Source: a virus
Reading direction: 5' to 3' (one strand)
IMG/VR virus record: IMGVR_UViG_3300012347_000370
Location: 1 to 58,850 of that record
DNA length: 58,850 bases
Part shown: positions 26,278 through 37,275 of the stretch, piece after piece
Layout of the letters: each line of letters begins with the position of its first letter
Position numbering within the stretch: position 1 is the first letter of the stretch
Notes under the pieces: model-generated
The model's input: only the letters and a program-made list of their open reading frames with translations
Told to the model about the DNA's origin: nothing
Databases searched by the model: none
Made by a program: the position numbers and the translations under genes

Positions 26278-27875
26278 CAGGGCTTGATCCTCAGAACACC
26301 GTTCGGGTCAACGAAGCGCGTGCCGCTCGGCAGCGCGTCGAACTCTTCCTTCGACTTCGGGTAGGCGAGCTCGGGCTCGTTACCTTCGCCGGTAACCGCG
26401 CTTTCCTGCGGGGGCTCGTATCCCTCCGGCGCGGACGGCATGGCGGTGTTCTCGGCATCGTTGATCGCCTGACGCAGGGCTGCGGCGGCCTTGTCGCGGC
26501 CAGAGCGCCCTTTGCCGCCGTACTCCTTGGCACCGAGGGCGAGGGCTTGCTTCTCGGCAGTCTGGAACGCCTGCTGGGCCTGCACGGCAGCCTCGTAGGC
26601 GGCACGGGCTTCTTCCGAGTCGGTGTCACCAGCGTCAGCGAAGGTCTGGTACTGGTCGCGTGCGGCGGTGAACTGGTTGTAGGCTTCGACCGTCGTCGCC
26701 GTCGCCGAGTCGAAGTCGACCGCGCGATCCTGCTTCGGCTGGGCCTTCACGAACTGCGCCATCTGCTTGATGAACAGCGAGCCGTTCGACACGCCGGTCG
26801 CCAGCTCCCAGAACTGCTGGGTGTTCATCTGCCCCTGGTCGACGACCTTGCCCGCGTCCTTGACGGTGTAGACCAGCGAGTTGGCCTGTCCGGGCTGCAC
26901 GCTGATCTCGTTGGCCGAGGGGAACTTGTTGCAGGCGTCGTTGAACAGCTTGCACGCGCTCTGGACATCGCCCTGCTCCATCGCGTTCAGTGCGAGGTTC
27001 CCGAGCGTCTGGGACATCTGCTTCTGGGTGACGAGGATCTGCTTGGCAAAGCGCACAGCCTTCTCGGGCTGGCCTTTCTCCATGAAGTAGTTGTAGCCCT
27101 CCGCCAGCGTGGCGGCGCTCTTCATGTAGGCCGGAATCTGGTTGTTGGGGTCGATGGCCTTGACCGCTTGCTCGTACTCCTGAAACGACATGCCGCCCTT
27201 GTTGGCAGCGATGTCGAGGCCGGGGTCTTCGCGCTCATCGGCGATGGCGGCAGCGGGCTTGTCCTTCTCGATGATGAACGACCGCATGGCCTGCCCGGCA
27301 GCCTCGCTGGCCTTCGACTCGACGGCCTTGGCCGTCTCGGGCTTGACCTCGGTTACCTTCGGGGTAACCGGTGCTGGCGCGGGCGCGAGCGCGGTGTCAG
27401 GCGCACCGGTGGTGTTGCCCATCGGGTCGGTAAAGGCGGGCTCGTCAACCGGCAGGGCAGTGGCGAGTGTAGGACGCTTGCGAGCGTCATCGACCATGCC
27501 ACCTTCAGCGTATTCCGGCGTCAGGAACTCGTCGGGGTTGACCTCGACATCCTCGCCGGGCAGCGCCTCATAGACGCCGGACCACTTGTCTTCTTCAGCG
27601 GCGGCTTCGCGCAGGGCCAGCTCGCGCTCGCGAATGCCAAGGGAGGCAGCCTGATACGCCGTCAGTCCGCCACCACCGCCACCAGCGGCGGCCTTGGCCA
27701 GCTTCTCTCGCTGAAGGTCGAGCTCCTCGCGCTTCAGGTCGAGGATGGCGTTGTTGTACTCGATGTCCGCATCGACACGCTTGGTGTCGAGCTCGCGAGA
27801 TTTCTTCTTCTCGCCCATCTCGGTGACCATCTGGTACCCGGCGAGGAAGTCACGGACTTCGTTGGCAAAGCTCAT
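26277..27875 (-). CDS. Virion/ejection-type protein (532 aa)
   Basis: Position among three consecutive large genes at the end of the virion arm; coiled-coil N-terminus. Confidence 0.6.
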   Translation of the reverse strand: MSFANEVRDFLAGYQMVTEMGEKKKSRELDTKRVDADIEYNNAILDLKREELDLQREKLAKAAAGGGGGGLTAYQAASLGIRERELALREAAAEEDKWSGVYEALPGEDVEVNPDEFLTPEYAEGGMVDDARKRPTLATALPVDEPAFTDPMGNTTGAPDTALAPAPAPVTPKVTEVKPETAKAVESKASEAAGQAMRSFIIEKDKPAAAIADEREDPGLDIAANKGGMSFQEYEQAVKAIDPNNQIPAYMKSAATLAEGYNYFMEKGQPEKAVRFAKQILVTQKQMSQTLGNLALNAMEQGDVQSACKLFNDACNKFPSANEISVQPGQANSLVYTVKDAGKVVDQGQMNTQQFWELATGVSNGSLFIKQMAQFVKAQPKQDRAVDFDSATATTVEAYNQFTAARDQYQTFADAGDTDSEEARAAYEAAVQAQQAFQTAEKQALALGAKEYGGKGRSGRDKAAAALRQAINDAENTAMPSAPEGYEPPQESAVTGEGNEPELAYPKSKEEFDALPSGTRFVDPNGVLRIKP

Positions 27876-27878
27876 GGA

Positions 27879-28979
27879 TTACCCCGTCGGAAGGGCGCCT
27901 GCACTCCGGGGAGCGGGGCGAGATGCAAAGGTGGGTTCGCCCACTGGTGCGATGGCGTAGCTCGGCTTGGCCGGTGCCGTCTGACGCGACTTGCGCGAAC
28001 CGTCGATGAGCTTCTGGAAGAACTCCTCGCCCTTCCACGACACGACGTCCTTCGGCACGACGAACTCGCCAGCATTCAGCTTGGCGTCCACATCGTCGAT
28101 GGCCGCACCGCGCGAGGGCGATGCCTCCATCGGGACGTTACCGCCGGAGGTAACCGCGCCGCCGTCCTCGAAGAACTGGGTAGCGATTCCAAAACCTGCA
28201 CCAAGCAGGCTGCCGATGCCCGACGACTGCTGCGCGTTGAACTGCGCGGCGGAGAGCTGGTTGTTGTAGCCCATGTTCATCAGGTTGCCCGCCTGACCGA
28301 GGCCGCTCATGCCCATGCCGGTCCACTGCGTGCCGGTGCCCATGGTGCTCGCGCCCGAGGCGGTGCCAGCCAGCGCGGTGTTCGCGCCAGCCGCGCCCGA
28401 CTGGAGAGCCGTGCCATAGGTGCCTGCGATCTGGCCGGGGTAGCCGCGCCCGACGTTGATGGCTTCCGAGCGCATGGCCCGGCCCATCATCTCGGTCTGC
28501 GTGCGAGCCTGGTTGGAAGCGCCAGCCTGTGCGGCCGCCTGCGCCACGCGCGAACCCATGTCCAGCGCGGCGAAGCGGGTCGAGGTCGGGTCGACGCCGT
28601 AGGCTTCGAGGTTCTGCGCGGCAGCGCGGCGCTGCGCGTCGAAGTTCTCGGCCACCGTCGCGGCAGCGCGGCCAGCCTCGAGCTCCTGACGTTCCGGAGA
28701 CGCGAAGTCCTTGGCGTCGCGAATGAGCTGGTCTTCGAGAGGCTGGAAACGCTTCTCATACCGCTCGCGGTCCGATAGTGCGGCTTCGTCGTTGAGCTGC
28801 TGCCGCTCCAACGCGGCATTGACGACGCGCTCGACGATCTGACTGTCGTTGGCATATTGCTCCTTGGCCCAGGCAAGCTGTTCCTTGCCGAGCTGGAAGC
28901 TGTAGTCAGCGGCCTTTTCACTCGCGGCAACGAGGCCGGAGTAGTCTGGCGGCTCCGGCGCCTTGCTCTTACCACCCAT
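27879..28979 (-). CDS. Virion/ejection-type protein (366 aa)
   Basis: Position; Gly/Ala/Gln-rich C-terminal half. Its stop lies in GGTAAT, directly before the next start. Confidence 0.6.
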   Translation of the reverse strand: MGGKSKAPEPPDYSGLVAASEKAADYSFQLGKEQLAWAKEQYANDSQIVERVVNAALERQQLNDEAALSDRERYEKRFQPLEDQLIRDAKDFASPERQELEAGRAAATVAENFDAQRRAAAQNLEAYGVDPTSTRFAALDMGSRVAQAAAQAGASNQARTQTEMMGRAMRSEAINVGRGYPGQIAGTYGTALQSGAAGANTALAGTASGASTMGTGTQWTGMGMSGLGQAGNLMNMGYNNQLSAAQFNAQQSSGIGSLLGAGFGIATQFFEDGGAVTSGGNVPMEASPSRGAAIDDVDAKLNAGEFVVPKDVVSWKGEEFFQKLIDGSRKSRQTAPAKPSYAIAPVGEPTFASRPAPRSAGALPTG

Positions 28980-28982
28980 GTC

Positions 28983-29420
28983 CTATCTCTCCGATCCGGG
29001 CCGCAGCCCGCGAGGTTTGAGGTTCAGCCATCGGCAGTCTTCGCGGGCGAGAGCGAGAACAAGACACGCTCCGTCGGGGAAGACATCGTCGATCTTCGCT
29101 ATGATCTTAAACCCCAGTTTCAGGTCAATTTCAAGTGCTCTGGTGTTCGACTCAGGTACTTGGCCAAACACTTTCCTGCAACCAAGCTGGTTGAAGGGGT
29201 AGTCAAACGACACCCAGAGGAAATCTCTGTTGGCCCAGTTGGGCTGAAAGCCAGCCATGTGCAACTGGATACTTACCCCGGTGTAACCAGTGTAGATGTT
29301 ACCCCCAAGCAACTTACCTTCAGAGGTAACCGAGATGACCTGGTCGACGGCGGGGTTGAAAATGCACCCGGCAGCCTCGGCGATCTCGAAGCCGTGTTCC
29401 CTGTTCCCAACCTCGATCAC
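28983..29420 (-). CDS. GNAT-like acetyltransferase (145 aa, GTG start)
   Basis: GTGA overlap with the upstream stop. ..FNQLGCRKVFGQVPESNTRALEIDLKLGFKII.. resembles the GNAT acetyl-CoA region. Confidence 0.5.
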   Translation of the reverse strand: MIEVGNREHGFEIAEAAGCIFNPAVDQVISVTSEGKLLGGNIYTGYTGVSIQLHMAGFQPNWANRDFLWVSFDYPFNQLGCRKVFGQVPESNTRALEIDLKLGFKIIAKIDDVFPDGACLVLALAREDCRWLNLKPRGLRPGSER

Positions 29421-29794
29421 TGCGGCGGCTCCGGCCAAACCGGGTAGCGCGGGTCCGGGGTGTTCTGGGGCAGGTCGCGGAGAGCTTGGCGATAGGTGGC
29501 CCATGCCGCGCGGTCGACGGGGGCATCCGGCACCTGGGTCCAGTCGCTGGCGTAGAGACGACGCGACCGCTCGTTGCGGAACTCGATCTCTGCCAGCGCG
29601 ATCTCGGCTGCGTCGATGTCGGCGTCTGCTTTCTTGACGACAACGCCGCCTACAACCTTGTAGGTAACAGGGTCATATGAGCCATCGACCCAGCCAAACC
29701 CCGGTTCTTCGACGAAGACGACGACACCTTCGGGACCGGACTGGGTATAGGCGATCTCCCCCGTGGCGAGATCATATTTGGACTTGATGATCAT
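29417..29794 (-). CDS. Tail-fibre assembly/chaperone-like protein
   Basis: Follows the long fibre gene. It has the C-terminal motif [24 protein letters not shown]. Confidence 0.6.
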   Translation of the reverse strand: MIIKSKYDLATGEIAYTQSGPEGVVVFVEEPGFGWVDGSYDPVTYKVVGGVVVKKADADIDAAEIALAEIEFRNERSRRLYASDWTQVPDAPVDRAAWATYRQALRDLPQNTPDPRYPVWPEPPQ

Positions 29795-32700
29795 CGCTTA
29801 GCCTGGATTGCAAAGAGGGTCATATTCGAGGCGCTCTGGTTGTTGAACGTGCTCGTGAAGACAAGCTGCACGACATTGACGCCGTCCACTCCGACTCCAG
29901 TGCCGAGCAACGAGATAGGGCTTGAGCTGTTCGGAGGGTTGGAAGCCCCACCGGCAAGGTTCACGCCGTTGAGCCAGAGATTGCAGGCGGCTGCATAGTC
30001 GTTGCCCGACGAGCTGCGACTGCCAGTATAGACGCCGTAGCTGCCGCAGATGACCGGCTGCCCGGCAATGCCCTGAAAGTACAAGGTGATGACGTTGTAC
30101 GATCCCGGCGTACCCGGAATAAAGCTCGCCAGCGAGCCGGACACAGGGACCGTGACCGCGTTCCCTGCAATTTTCAGGGTATCTACGGCGAGATCAGCGA
30201 TCTTCGCGGTAGTAATCGCAGCATTGCCGATCTTGGCGTTGGTGATCGCAGCGTCCGCAATCTTCGCGCTGGTGATTGCCGCGTCAGCAATGACCGCACT
30301 GTCCGCCGTGATCGAGCCCGTCTTGATCGTCGCGCCGTCGATGATGGTCGAGCCACCCACCGAATAGGGTGTCAGCGCCGTGGCCGCCGAGTGGGTCACG
30401 CCAACATAGGGTTTGTGGAAAAAGACGTAGGAGTTCGGTCCGGAGAGCGTGCCGTACTTATAGACCAGCAGCCCCATGTAGGCAGCGTTTGCCGGCGCCT
30501 GCACCTTACCACCGATGCGCGGCCAGCTATCGGGGTTGCTGATGGAGGATGCGACCTCGGTCTGGGTGCCGACGGTCGTGAAACCGATGTTATTCCCGGC
30601 CGAGTCATAGAAGCCGACGGTGATGTCTACCTTGCAGCGATGGGTTGAGACCTGAACCGACGCTTCGTACCAGGTACCCGGGGTCACCGCCGGACCATAA
30701 TGCACCTGCGTGGAGTTGTTCCTCCAGAAACCCGAGTAGATGGCCGAGTTGTTGTTCGCAGCCGTGCCGTTCTGGAACAGCATCAGTGTCGGGTATGATG
30801 TCCCGGCCCAGGGCTCTCCTGCGTTGCGAACCGCAAACGTCGTTTGAGCCGTGCCTTCCTGATAGGTGCCCCAGTGCAGCAAGCCAGAGGCGAAATTGGT
30901 GTTCTGCAACAAGTTGCCACCGCCGCCAGCCGCGAAGCTGTTGAACGTCACCGTGCCGTCAAGGATGATGTTGTTGGCCGCGATGCGCGCGGTCGAGGCT
31001 GCGCCGCCAGGGTTTGCCAGCGAGACCAGTTCCAGGAGCGCGCCAGCCGAGCCCGCCTGCGTCCGAAAGCCGATGCTCGCGACGGCGTTACCTTCCAAGG
31101 TAGCGATGGACACAGCATGAGAGGTCACTGACGCAGCCACCCCACCCTCGACGCTGGCATCGTAGGTGCTGATCTGGGCGGCGGTGGCCGTGTCGGCGGC
31201 TGTCTTGGTGTAATAGTTGTTCGTCAGGTTCGCCGACAGCGAGCCAAGCGCACCGGTGGGCGCGGTGAGCTGGGCGTTATAGGTCGTGATCGACGACGAG
31301 ATCGCCGAGTCGGTCTGGACCCTGGTGTAGTGGTTGGTGTTCAGCGTCGCGGTGACATTGCTCTGGACGCTCGCCGCCGCGCTGCTGTCCACCATCTCGA
31401 ACATCGAGATTTCGATGGTCGGCCCCGTCGTGCCGAAGTTCGTGTTGAGCACTTCCAGGAACGGTCGGACGAATGCCGTCGTGCCGGTGGTGGTTACCTC
31501 GAAGGTAAAGGTCTCGTTGGTGTTCGCGGCGGTGAACGTCAGCGGGGTGAGGCTGAGGTTCGTGGTGCCCGCGTAGCTCGTGTTCAGGGGGCGAAGACCA
31601 AACCGCAGCGCGGTCTGACTGTTGCCCGCGAAGGCGTTGTTGTGCCGTGCCCTGATGGTGACCCGGTACGACTTGCCCGGGATGTTCGACAGGGCTTCCT
31701 TGGGCGTGATGATCTGGGCAGCCGCCTGCGGTGCGGCAATCCGGACCGAGCGGCCCAGCGTCGAGACGGTCACGAAAGTGAACGGCGTGCCGAGGTTCGC
31801 GGCGGCAGCGGGCGTCGCGTTGATCGACTGGGTCCAGTACGTCCCGTCCTGGGTGAAGTCGTTGGGCGTGAAGCTGTCCCGCAGCAGGGCCTTGAGCGTG
31901 GTGCTCTCGGCAGCGATGGCGGAGTTGGTGCTCGTGATGGTGTAGTAGTTGTTGGCGAGGTTCGCGTTGATCAGCCCGATGGAGCCGGTCGGACCCTCCA
32001 ACTGGGACTTCAGGGTGGTCGTCGCGCTGGTGATCGCCGCATTGGTCTGTGCGGCGGTGAAATAGTCGGTCGTCAGGCTCGCGTTGATCAGCCCGATGGA
32101 GCCGGTGGGCGACTCCAGCGAGGACTTGAGCGCCTGCGTCGCCGACGAGATCGCGGAGTCGGTCTGGGTCGCGGTGTAATAGTCGTTGGTCAGGCTCGCG
32201 TTGATCAGCCCGATAGAGCCGGTCGGACCCTCGAGCTGGGTCTTCAGCGCCGTCGTCGCCGACGAAATGGCCGCGTTGGTCTGCGTCGTCGTCAGGTAGT
32301 CGTTGGTGAGGGTCGCGTTCGTCGCGGCGATCTCGGTCAGCAAAGTCGACTGGAGCGTGGTTACCGCCGAGGTAATCGCCTGGTCGGCTTCTGCGATGGT
32401 GTAGAAGTCGTTGTTCAGTCGGGCGTCGACGAGGCTGAAGGCAGTGCCGATGGTGCCCTTGGCCTGTTCCTCCGCCGTCGCCACCCGGATGCTCACGCGG
32501 TGGAACTTGATGCGCTTCACGGCAGTCGTGAACGGCGTGTCATTTGCGATGGCGTAGACGATGTGGTTGCCGAACGTGCCGGTGAAGCCCGCCGGACGAA
32601 TGAAGACGCCACCAGCCACCATGACGGTGTTCAAGGTAGCCGGACCGCCAAGCATCTCGGTCAGGGTCTTCTGGGAGCGGAAGACCGTGCTGGCCGAGTT

Positions 32701-34080
32701 GATCCAGTCGAACAGGATGCCTGCGCCGTCCAGCGTGCCGGACACGAGCGTGAACTCGACCTCGACGAAGTAGGCGTCGGCGTTCTTTGCCCCGCGCCAT
32801 TGGGTCGCGTTGGCCGTGGTCCACAGCCCTGCCCTCTGGCTGGCGGAAGTGACGTTGAAATCCCAAGACTGCCCGAGCGGGTAGACCTCGTTACCTGCCA
32901 AGGTAAGGGTGCCGCCAGTCTGCCACCTCTGCCAGTTGTTGGTGCTCTGGGTCGCGAGGAACTGGTCGGTGATGACCGACACGCCGCGCGAGGAGAGCGT
33001 GGCCGCGAGAGCCTGCGATGCTGCGGCAGAGCTCGCCGATCCCGCCGCGCCGGTGGCCGACGTCGCCGCCTGAGTCGCGCTGGTAGAGGCCGAGCCCGCA
33101 GACGTCGCGGCATTGGTCGCGCTGGTCTGCGAAGCCGAGGCACTCTGCGAAGCCTCGGTCGCCTTGGTCGCGGCGGTCGTGGCCGAAGTCGATGCAGCCG
33201 TGGCGCTGGTCGCGGCATTGGTCGCGCTCTGGGCAGCAGTCGTGGCCGACGTCGCCGCCGAAGAGGCAGAGCCCGCCGCGTTGGTCGCGCTGGTCGCCGC
33301 CTGGGAGGCGCTGGTGGAGGCATTGCCCGCTTGCGTCTGTGCGACGTTGGCGCTGGCAGAAGCGGCAGTGGCGCTGCTCCCGGCACTGGTCGCGCTGATC
33401 GAGGCGCTGTTGGCGCTCCCCTGCGCAGCACTGGCGCTACCGCTGGCAGCGGTGGCCGAGGACAGCGCGGCAGCCTGAGCCGCCTGAGCCGCATCGCGCG
33501 CAGCCGTGGAGTCGATCACTGCCTGCGCGACAGCAGATGCAGCACCGGCTTCGGCAGCAGAAGCATTCGCAGCCGAGATGCCCGCTTGGTCGCGCGCTGC
33601 CTGCGCCTCAGTCCGGTAGCCGAGCGCCGCGTCACGGGCGGACTCAGCTTGCAGGCGGTAGGCGTCGGCGGCCGCACTGGCGGCTTCCGCGTCGGTCTGC
33701 GCCTGAAGCGCGAGATCACGGGCAGAGGTGGCCGTCGCCAGCACCGAGTTTGCGGAGGTAACGAACTCGTCGGACACCTGCGCGGCGATCTCTTCGATCT
33801 GATCGTCCGAGACCTGCGCCCCGAACTCGATCCACTCGTTGCCGTCCCACCACAGGGTCTTCTTGTTCGCCGTGTCGACCCAGATGTCACCGACGTCGAG
33901 CGTCACACCGATGTTCTGCCGGGGCGCGACGGGACTCGCATATACCTGCGGGGTGGACCCGGTCTCCTCGCTTTGCCCAAGCAAGCCTTCGACGGCAACC
34001 TTCATCGAGCGCAGCGCGTTGGCCATGCTCTCCGTAGTCGGGGCAAAGTCCGGAATCGTCGGGACGTTAGACAAGACCAA
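29791..34080 (-). CDS. Long tail fibre (1429 aa)
   Basis: Has an Ala/Ser/Thr-rich tract, 39-aa tandem repeats ([17 protein letters not shown]) and a C-terminal beta-rich domain. Confidence 0.8.
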   Translation of the reverse strand: MVLSNVPTIPDFAPTTESMANALRSMKVAVEGLLGQSEETGSTPQVYASPVAPRQNIGVTLDVGDIWVDTANKKTLWWDGNEWIEFGAQVSDDQIEEIAAQVSDEFVTSANSVLATATSARDLALQAQTDAEAASAAADAYRLQAESARDAALGYRTEAQAARDQAGISAANASAAEAGAASAVAQAVIDSTAARDAAQAAQAAALSSATAASGSASAAQGSANSASISATSAGSSATAASASANVAQTQAGNASTSASQAATSATNAAGSASSAATSATTAAQSATNAATSATAASTSATTAATKATEASQSASASQTSATNAATSAGSASTSATQAATSATGAAGSASSAAASQALAATLSSRGVSVITDQFLATQSTNNWQRWQTGGTLTLAGNEVYPLGQSWDFNVTSASQRAGLWTTANATQWRGAKNADAYFVEVEFTLVSGTLDGAGILFDWINSASTVFRSQKTLTEMLGGPATLNTVMVAGGVFIRPAGFTGTFGNHIVYAIANDTPFTTAVKRIKFHRVSIRVATAEEQAKGTIGTAFSLVDARLNNDFYTIAEADQAITSAVTTLQSTLLTEIAATNATLTNDYLTTTQTNAAISSATTALKTQLEGPTGSIGLINASLTNDYYTATQTDSAISSATQALKSSLESPTGSIGLINASLTTDYFTAAQTNAAITSATTTLKSQLEGPTGSIGLINANLANNYYTITSTNSAIAAESTTLKALLRDSFTPNDFTQDGTYWTQSINATPAAAANLGTPFTFVTVSTLGRSVRIAAPQAAAQIITPKEALSNIPGKSYRVTIRARHNNAFAGNSQTALRFGLRPLNTSYAGTTNLSLTPLTFTAANTNETFTFEVTTTGTTAFVRPFLEVLNTNFGTTGPTIEISMFEMVDSSAAASVQSNVTATLNTNHYTRVQTDSAISSSITTYNAQLTAPTGALGSLSANLTNNYYTKTAADTATAAQISTYDASVEGGVAASVTSHAVSIATLEGNAVASIGFRTQAGSAGALLELVSLANPGGAASTARIAANNIILDGTVTFNSFAAGGGGNLLQNTNFASGLLHWGTYQEGTAQTTFAVRNAGEPWAGTSYPTLMLFQNGTAANNNSAIYSGFWRNNSTQVHYGPAVTPGTWYEASVQVSTHRCKVDITVGFYDSAGNNIGFTTVGTQTEVASSISNPDSWPRIGGKVQAPANAAYMGLLVYKYGTLSGPNSYVFFHKPYVGVTHSAATALTPYSVGGSTIIDGATIKTGSITADSAVIADAAITSAKIADAAITNAKIGNAAITTAKIADLAVDTLKIAGNAVTVPVSGSLASFIPGTPGSYNVITLYFQGIAGQPVICGSYGVYTGSRSSSGNDYAAACNLWLNGVNLAGGASNPPNSSSPISLLGTGVGVDGVNVVQLVFTSTFNNQSASNMTLFAIQAKR
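31964..32314. repeat. Three tandem 117-bp (39-codon) repeats inside the fibre gene, with degenerate flanking copies
   Basis: Units start at 31964, 32081 and 32198 (gcgttgatcagcccgat(g/a)gagccggt...). Confidence 0.85.
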
Positions 34081-35851
34081 GCTCCTTCGCAGTCGACGCC
34101 AGCTCGACCGAGTAAATCTTCACGCGCGACTCGATCTCCACTTGCCAATATCCAGCTTTGAAACCGGAAGGCAACCGGAAGATCTCACCAGAACGACGGA
34201 TCTCGCGAGTGTAGCGGAGCACCCCATCAGCATAGATCCTGACAAGCCCCCACTGATCTTCCGCGAGCTCCTGCACGAGGCTGGCGTTGGGCGTCGGGTT
34301 CAGGTCGGGCAGCCAGTCGTAGGTGCCGAAGAAAATCCGCATGGCCCCGATGTTCTTCTGACTCGGGGTCTCGATCACCTTGGAGCGCCAGACGAAGCTC
34401 TCTTTTGTGCGCGACGGCGCAAGGTCCAGCCAGTAGACGACGCCATCGCGAATGACGAGAACCTCGCCGGTCCAGTTGTCGGTCCAGCAGTTCTCGGTCG
34501 GTAGCTCGCTGGAGAGCTTGGTGTACCCAAGGCGAGCGTCACCGATGTCGATAACCGCGCCGGTATATGCGCCGGTATAGTCCACCTGCGTGAACGCCTC
34601 CGGGTTGAAGGCGTTGGGGTCGAAGGTGTTACCTCCCGGGGTACCCCAGCAGTAGTACTGGTTGTTGAAGGTCGCCGCGTAGAGCGACGTCAGGTTCAGG
34701 AACCGAGTCTGGTCGAGCCAGAGGTCTTTCGAGATGATCTGCCGCGTGATGTTCTGAGTCACGCCGGGCGCGCAGAGGATCAGCCCATTGGGCGATGCGA
34801 ACACGACACCAGCCGGGGTCGACACGATGGAGCCGCGCGACAGGCAGGGCTCGTTCGTGGCGATCTTCGAGATGCTCATGCTGGCGGGGTTCACGCCCGT
34901 GATGATGTAGGGGGAGATTTTGGTGCAGACGACGAGCGACTGCCCGGTCACCCCGAGCCCGACGATCTCGCCATCGACGGCGAGCGTGTAGGCCGACGGC
35001 CATGCGTGCGGGCGGTACGGCTCGCAGAACCACACCTCGTTGGCACGAAAACCCGCGATGATGCCATTTGGCATGGGCGTCATGCCCTTGAGGTCGCTGG
35101 GCGGTTCGGACCAGAGCGTGCTGCGCAGGATGTTGTTCGCTGCAACCGTGGTGGTCGGCACCTCGTCCACATAGACGGTGGAGCCAATGGCGATCTCGGC
35201 GACGAAGTAATAGGTCGTGGAGCCGGTCGTGCCTGTGATGGTGCGATAGATGCGGACATGCGAGAGCTGCCGCCCAGTCGTGACCGTGGAGCCCGGGGCG
35301 GTGGTCGTGACCGTCCAGAGGCCGGAAGCGTTGCCAGACGCCAGGATGGGCGGCGACGGGGGGCCTTCCTCGCCATAGGCGGAGACCCAGGTGTAGACGT
35401 AGGCGCGCGTCTCCGTGGGCGCGGAGCCGCCGGAGATGTTGATGCTGGGCGCGGCGACGGGCGCGGGGATGCCGAGCTTGTACGACGCCTGCCCGGCGGC
35501 GATGCGCGCCTTGGTGTTGTACTGGGGGGTGATGCCGAGCCCCGCCCAGTAATACCGCTCGAAGGAGTCTCCAACGGAGGGCGACGCCACGATGTCGCTG
35601 TCGTTGCTCTCGAGCTCGATCCAGTAGGAGTCGGGGATGTTGTCCTTGCCGAACTCCTGGAACGGGATGCGGAACGCCTTCTTGGCGTCGGGATTCTGGA
35701 GGGTACGCACCGGAACCATCCGGGGCATACCCTCGATTGCGCCAGAGTAGAGCCAAGTGTTCTGGCTGAGCTCAGCATTGTTCTGCGGCAGCAGACGAGC
35801 GTCCACTGCCGGCAGCATGGCACCGAAGTTCATGAGCTTGAGCGCAACCAT
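34067..35851 (-). CDS. Tail/baseplate-type structural protein (594 aa)
   Basis: Size and position immediately upstream of the fibre gene. Confidence 0.55.
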   Translation of the reverse strand: MVALKLMNFGAMLPAVDARLLPQNNAELSQNTWLYSGAIEGMPRMVPVRTLQNPDAKKAFRIPFQEFGKDNIPDSYWIELESNDSDIVASPSVGDSFERYYWAGLGITPQYNTKARIAAGQASYKLGIPAPVAAPSINISGGSAPTETRAYVYTWVSAYGEEGPPSPPILASGNASGLWTVTTTAPGSTVTTGRQLSHVRIYRTITGTTGSTTYYFVAEIAIGSTVYVDEVPTTTVAANNILRSTLWSEPPSDLKGMTPMPNGIIAGFRANEVWFCEPYRPHAWPSAYTLAVDGEIVGLGVTGQSLVVCTKISPYIITGVNPASMSISKIATNEPCLSRGSIVSTPAGVVFASPNGLILCAPGVTQNITRQIISKDLWLDQTRFLNLTSLYAATFNNQYYCWGTPGGNTFDPNAFNPEAFTQVDYTGAYTGAVIDIGDARLGYTKLSSELPTENCWTDNWTGEVLVIRDGVVYWLDLAPSRTKESFVWRSKVIETPSQKNIGAMRIFFGTYDWLPDLNPTPNASLVQELAEDQWGLVRIYADGVLRYTREIRRSGEIFRLPSGFKAGYWQVEIESRVKIYSVELASTAKELGLV

Positions 35852-35860
35852 GGTTTGACC

Positions 35861-36031
35861 TCACTCGGCCGAGGTGCTCTCGGCGTATTTCGCCAGCGCA
35901 GCCTTGCCAGCTTCGATTTCGGCGAGGACCGATGCGGGCATCGGAGTCTCGACGGCGGCAGCGCCGTTACCTTCCGAGGTAACGGCGTCGGTGACTTGTT
36001 CTGCGACGGGGGCTGCTTTTGCGCGTGCCAT
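35861..36031 (-). CDS. Small acidic protein (56 aa)
   Basis: My translation is MARAKAAPVAEQVTDAVTSEGNGAAAVETPM... The initiation region is GAGGACACC-ATG. It contains a perfect 9-bp-arm motif copy at 35963..35986. Confidence 0.45.
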   Translation of the reverse strand: MARAKAAPVAEQVTDAVTSEGNGAAAVETPMPASVLAEIEAGKAALAKYAESTSAE

Positions 36032-36040
36032 GGTGTCCTC

Positions 36041-36598
36041 TTACTTCTTCGGCTTGGTGGTGCGAGCGATCATGGCCCGCGACTCGTAGGTGAGCTTCTT
36101 GCCCTCACCGGCGGGCTTCGCACCCGGCGTCTTGCTGACCGGACGCGACGGCATCGAAGCGGGCTTCGGAGCGGCGGGCGCAGCAGTCGGGCGCGGCATC
36201 GGGCGCTGGCTGGTCGACGGGGCCATGCTAGGCGCAGGTGCAGCAGCCGGACGTGCCTTGGGGCGCAGGCTTGCCGACGGAGCGACGGGCTTCGGAGCGG
36301 CAGGTGCAGCAGGCTTCGGCGGCGGGTTGACGCTCACGCGCGAGGCGTCGGACCGCGTCCCTTCGGGAGTCGACATACCCATGCGGATTTTGCCGCCGGA
36401 CGTGCCCATCCAGCTCGGGCGGGCCTTGGGATTCTGCGAGGTCGAAGGCGCCAGCGAAGGCTTCGCAGCAGCCGGTTTGTCGTCGGCGCGATTGGTGCTG
36501 TAGGACTTCCCCTTGTAGGTGAAGGTCTTCCCGGCACCCATCTGCTTGCGGGCGGCGGCGAAGGCTTTGCCGAAGGACATCTCGTCGTAGTTGGCCAT
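36041..36598 (-). CDS. Basic Pro/Ala/Lys-rich protein (185 aa) with APS(T/A)S-x-x-PKARP repeats
   Basis: Sense ORF with three related repeats (APSTSQNPKARP, APSASLRPKARP, APSTSQRPMPRP). Confidence 0.6.
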   Translation of the reverse strand: MANYDEMSFGKAFAAARKQMGAGKTFTYKGKSYSTNRADDKPAAAKPSLAPSTSQNPKARPSWMGTSGGKIRMGMSTPEGTRSDASRVSVNPPPKPAAPAAPKPVAPSASLRPKARPAAAPAPSMAPSTSQRPMPRPTAAPAAPKPASMPSRPVSKTPGAKPAGEGKKLTYESRAMIARTTKPKK

Positions 36599-36599
36599 C

Positions 36600-36905
36600 T
36601 CAGTCTTTCCTCTTCTTGAGACGTTCGCTCATTGCGCTGGCCTTCGATTTCGCGTCGGCCTTACTCGAAGCGCCCCAAGCCTGGAGCGACAGGAGAAGCC
36701 TCGTCGGCTCCCCATTCGGTTTGCGCTCCGGCCCTGGCATGTTCCCCATCCGAGCCAGGAAGCTCGCCCGGCGCGGGTTGTCGCCGCTTTTCACCGGGGC
36801 TTTGAGGTTCATGCCTTGAGCCTTTGCCGAAGCCCTTCCTTTGGCGTTGAGGCCACCAGCGGGGTTCTTTCCTTCTTTGCGCTGCCATGCCGGGGTCTTG
36901 GCCAT
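36600..36905 (-). CDS. Small very basic protein (101 aa)
   Basis: Lys/Arg-rich; TAATG coupling to the upstream gene. Confidence 0.6.
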   Translation of the reverse strand: MAKTPAWQRKEGKNPAGGLNAKGRASAKAQGMNLKAPVKSGDNPRRASFLARMGNMPGPERKPNGEPTRLLLSLQAWGASSKADAKSKASAMSERLKKRKD

Positions 36906-37057
36906 TACTTGCCCTTTTTGCCCATCAGCTTGTAGGGGAAGCCCGCCTTGGCGTCCTTTTTCATGTCCGCCTTCGAGCCTTCCTTGATGCCCTTCTTGCG
37001 GTCCATCTTCTCGTCCCGCTTCTCGAAAGCCATCATCTTCTTGGTCATCTTCGCCAT
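36905..37057 (-). CDS. Small Lys-rich protein (50 aa, 16 Lys)
   Basis: My translation is MAKMTKKMMAFEKRDEKMDRKKGIKEGSKADMKKDAKAGFPYKLMGKKGK. It is preceded on the - strand by GTAACCTAGCGAGGTAACACC-ATG. Confidence 0.55.
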   Translation of the reverse strand: MAKMTKKMMAFEKRDEKMDRKKGIKEGSKADMKKDAKAGFPYKLMGKKGK

Positions 37058-37074
37058 GGTGTTACCTCGCTAGG

Positions 37075-37266
37075 TTACGACTTCGTCCGCTCGACCTTGT
37101 CCCAGGCCGACAGGCCGACGCCGATCAGCGTCAGGATCGCGCCTGCGACCGTCTCGGTCTGGCTGGTCGAGATGACGCCGTAGGAGGCGAGAGCGCCGCC
37201 TGCGGTCGTGGCGAGATGGCGAGCCACCGCCATGATCAGAGGCTTCATGAAAGCTGCGTTCAGCAT
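37075..37266 (-). CDS. Holin-like small membrane protein (63 aa)
   Basis: Two hydrophobic segments; adjacent to the endolysin. Confidence 0.5.
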   Translation of the reverse strand: MLNAAFMKPLIMAVARHLATTAGGALASYGVISTSQTETVAGAILTLIGVGLSAWDKVERTKS

Positions 37267-37275
37267 GGTGTCCTC

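Noticed and set aside
29791-34080. Diversity-generating retroelement acting on the repetitive fibre gene.
   Set aside because: There is no reverse transcriptase gene and no template/variable repeat pair with adenine-specific differences in the window.
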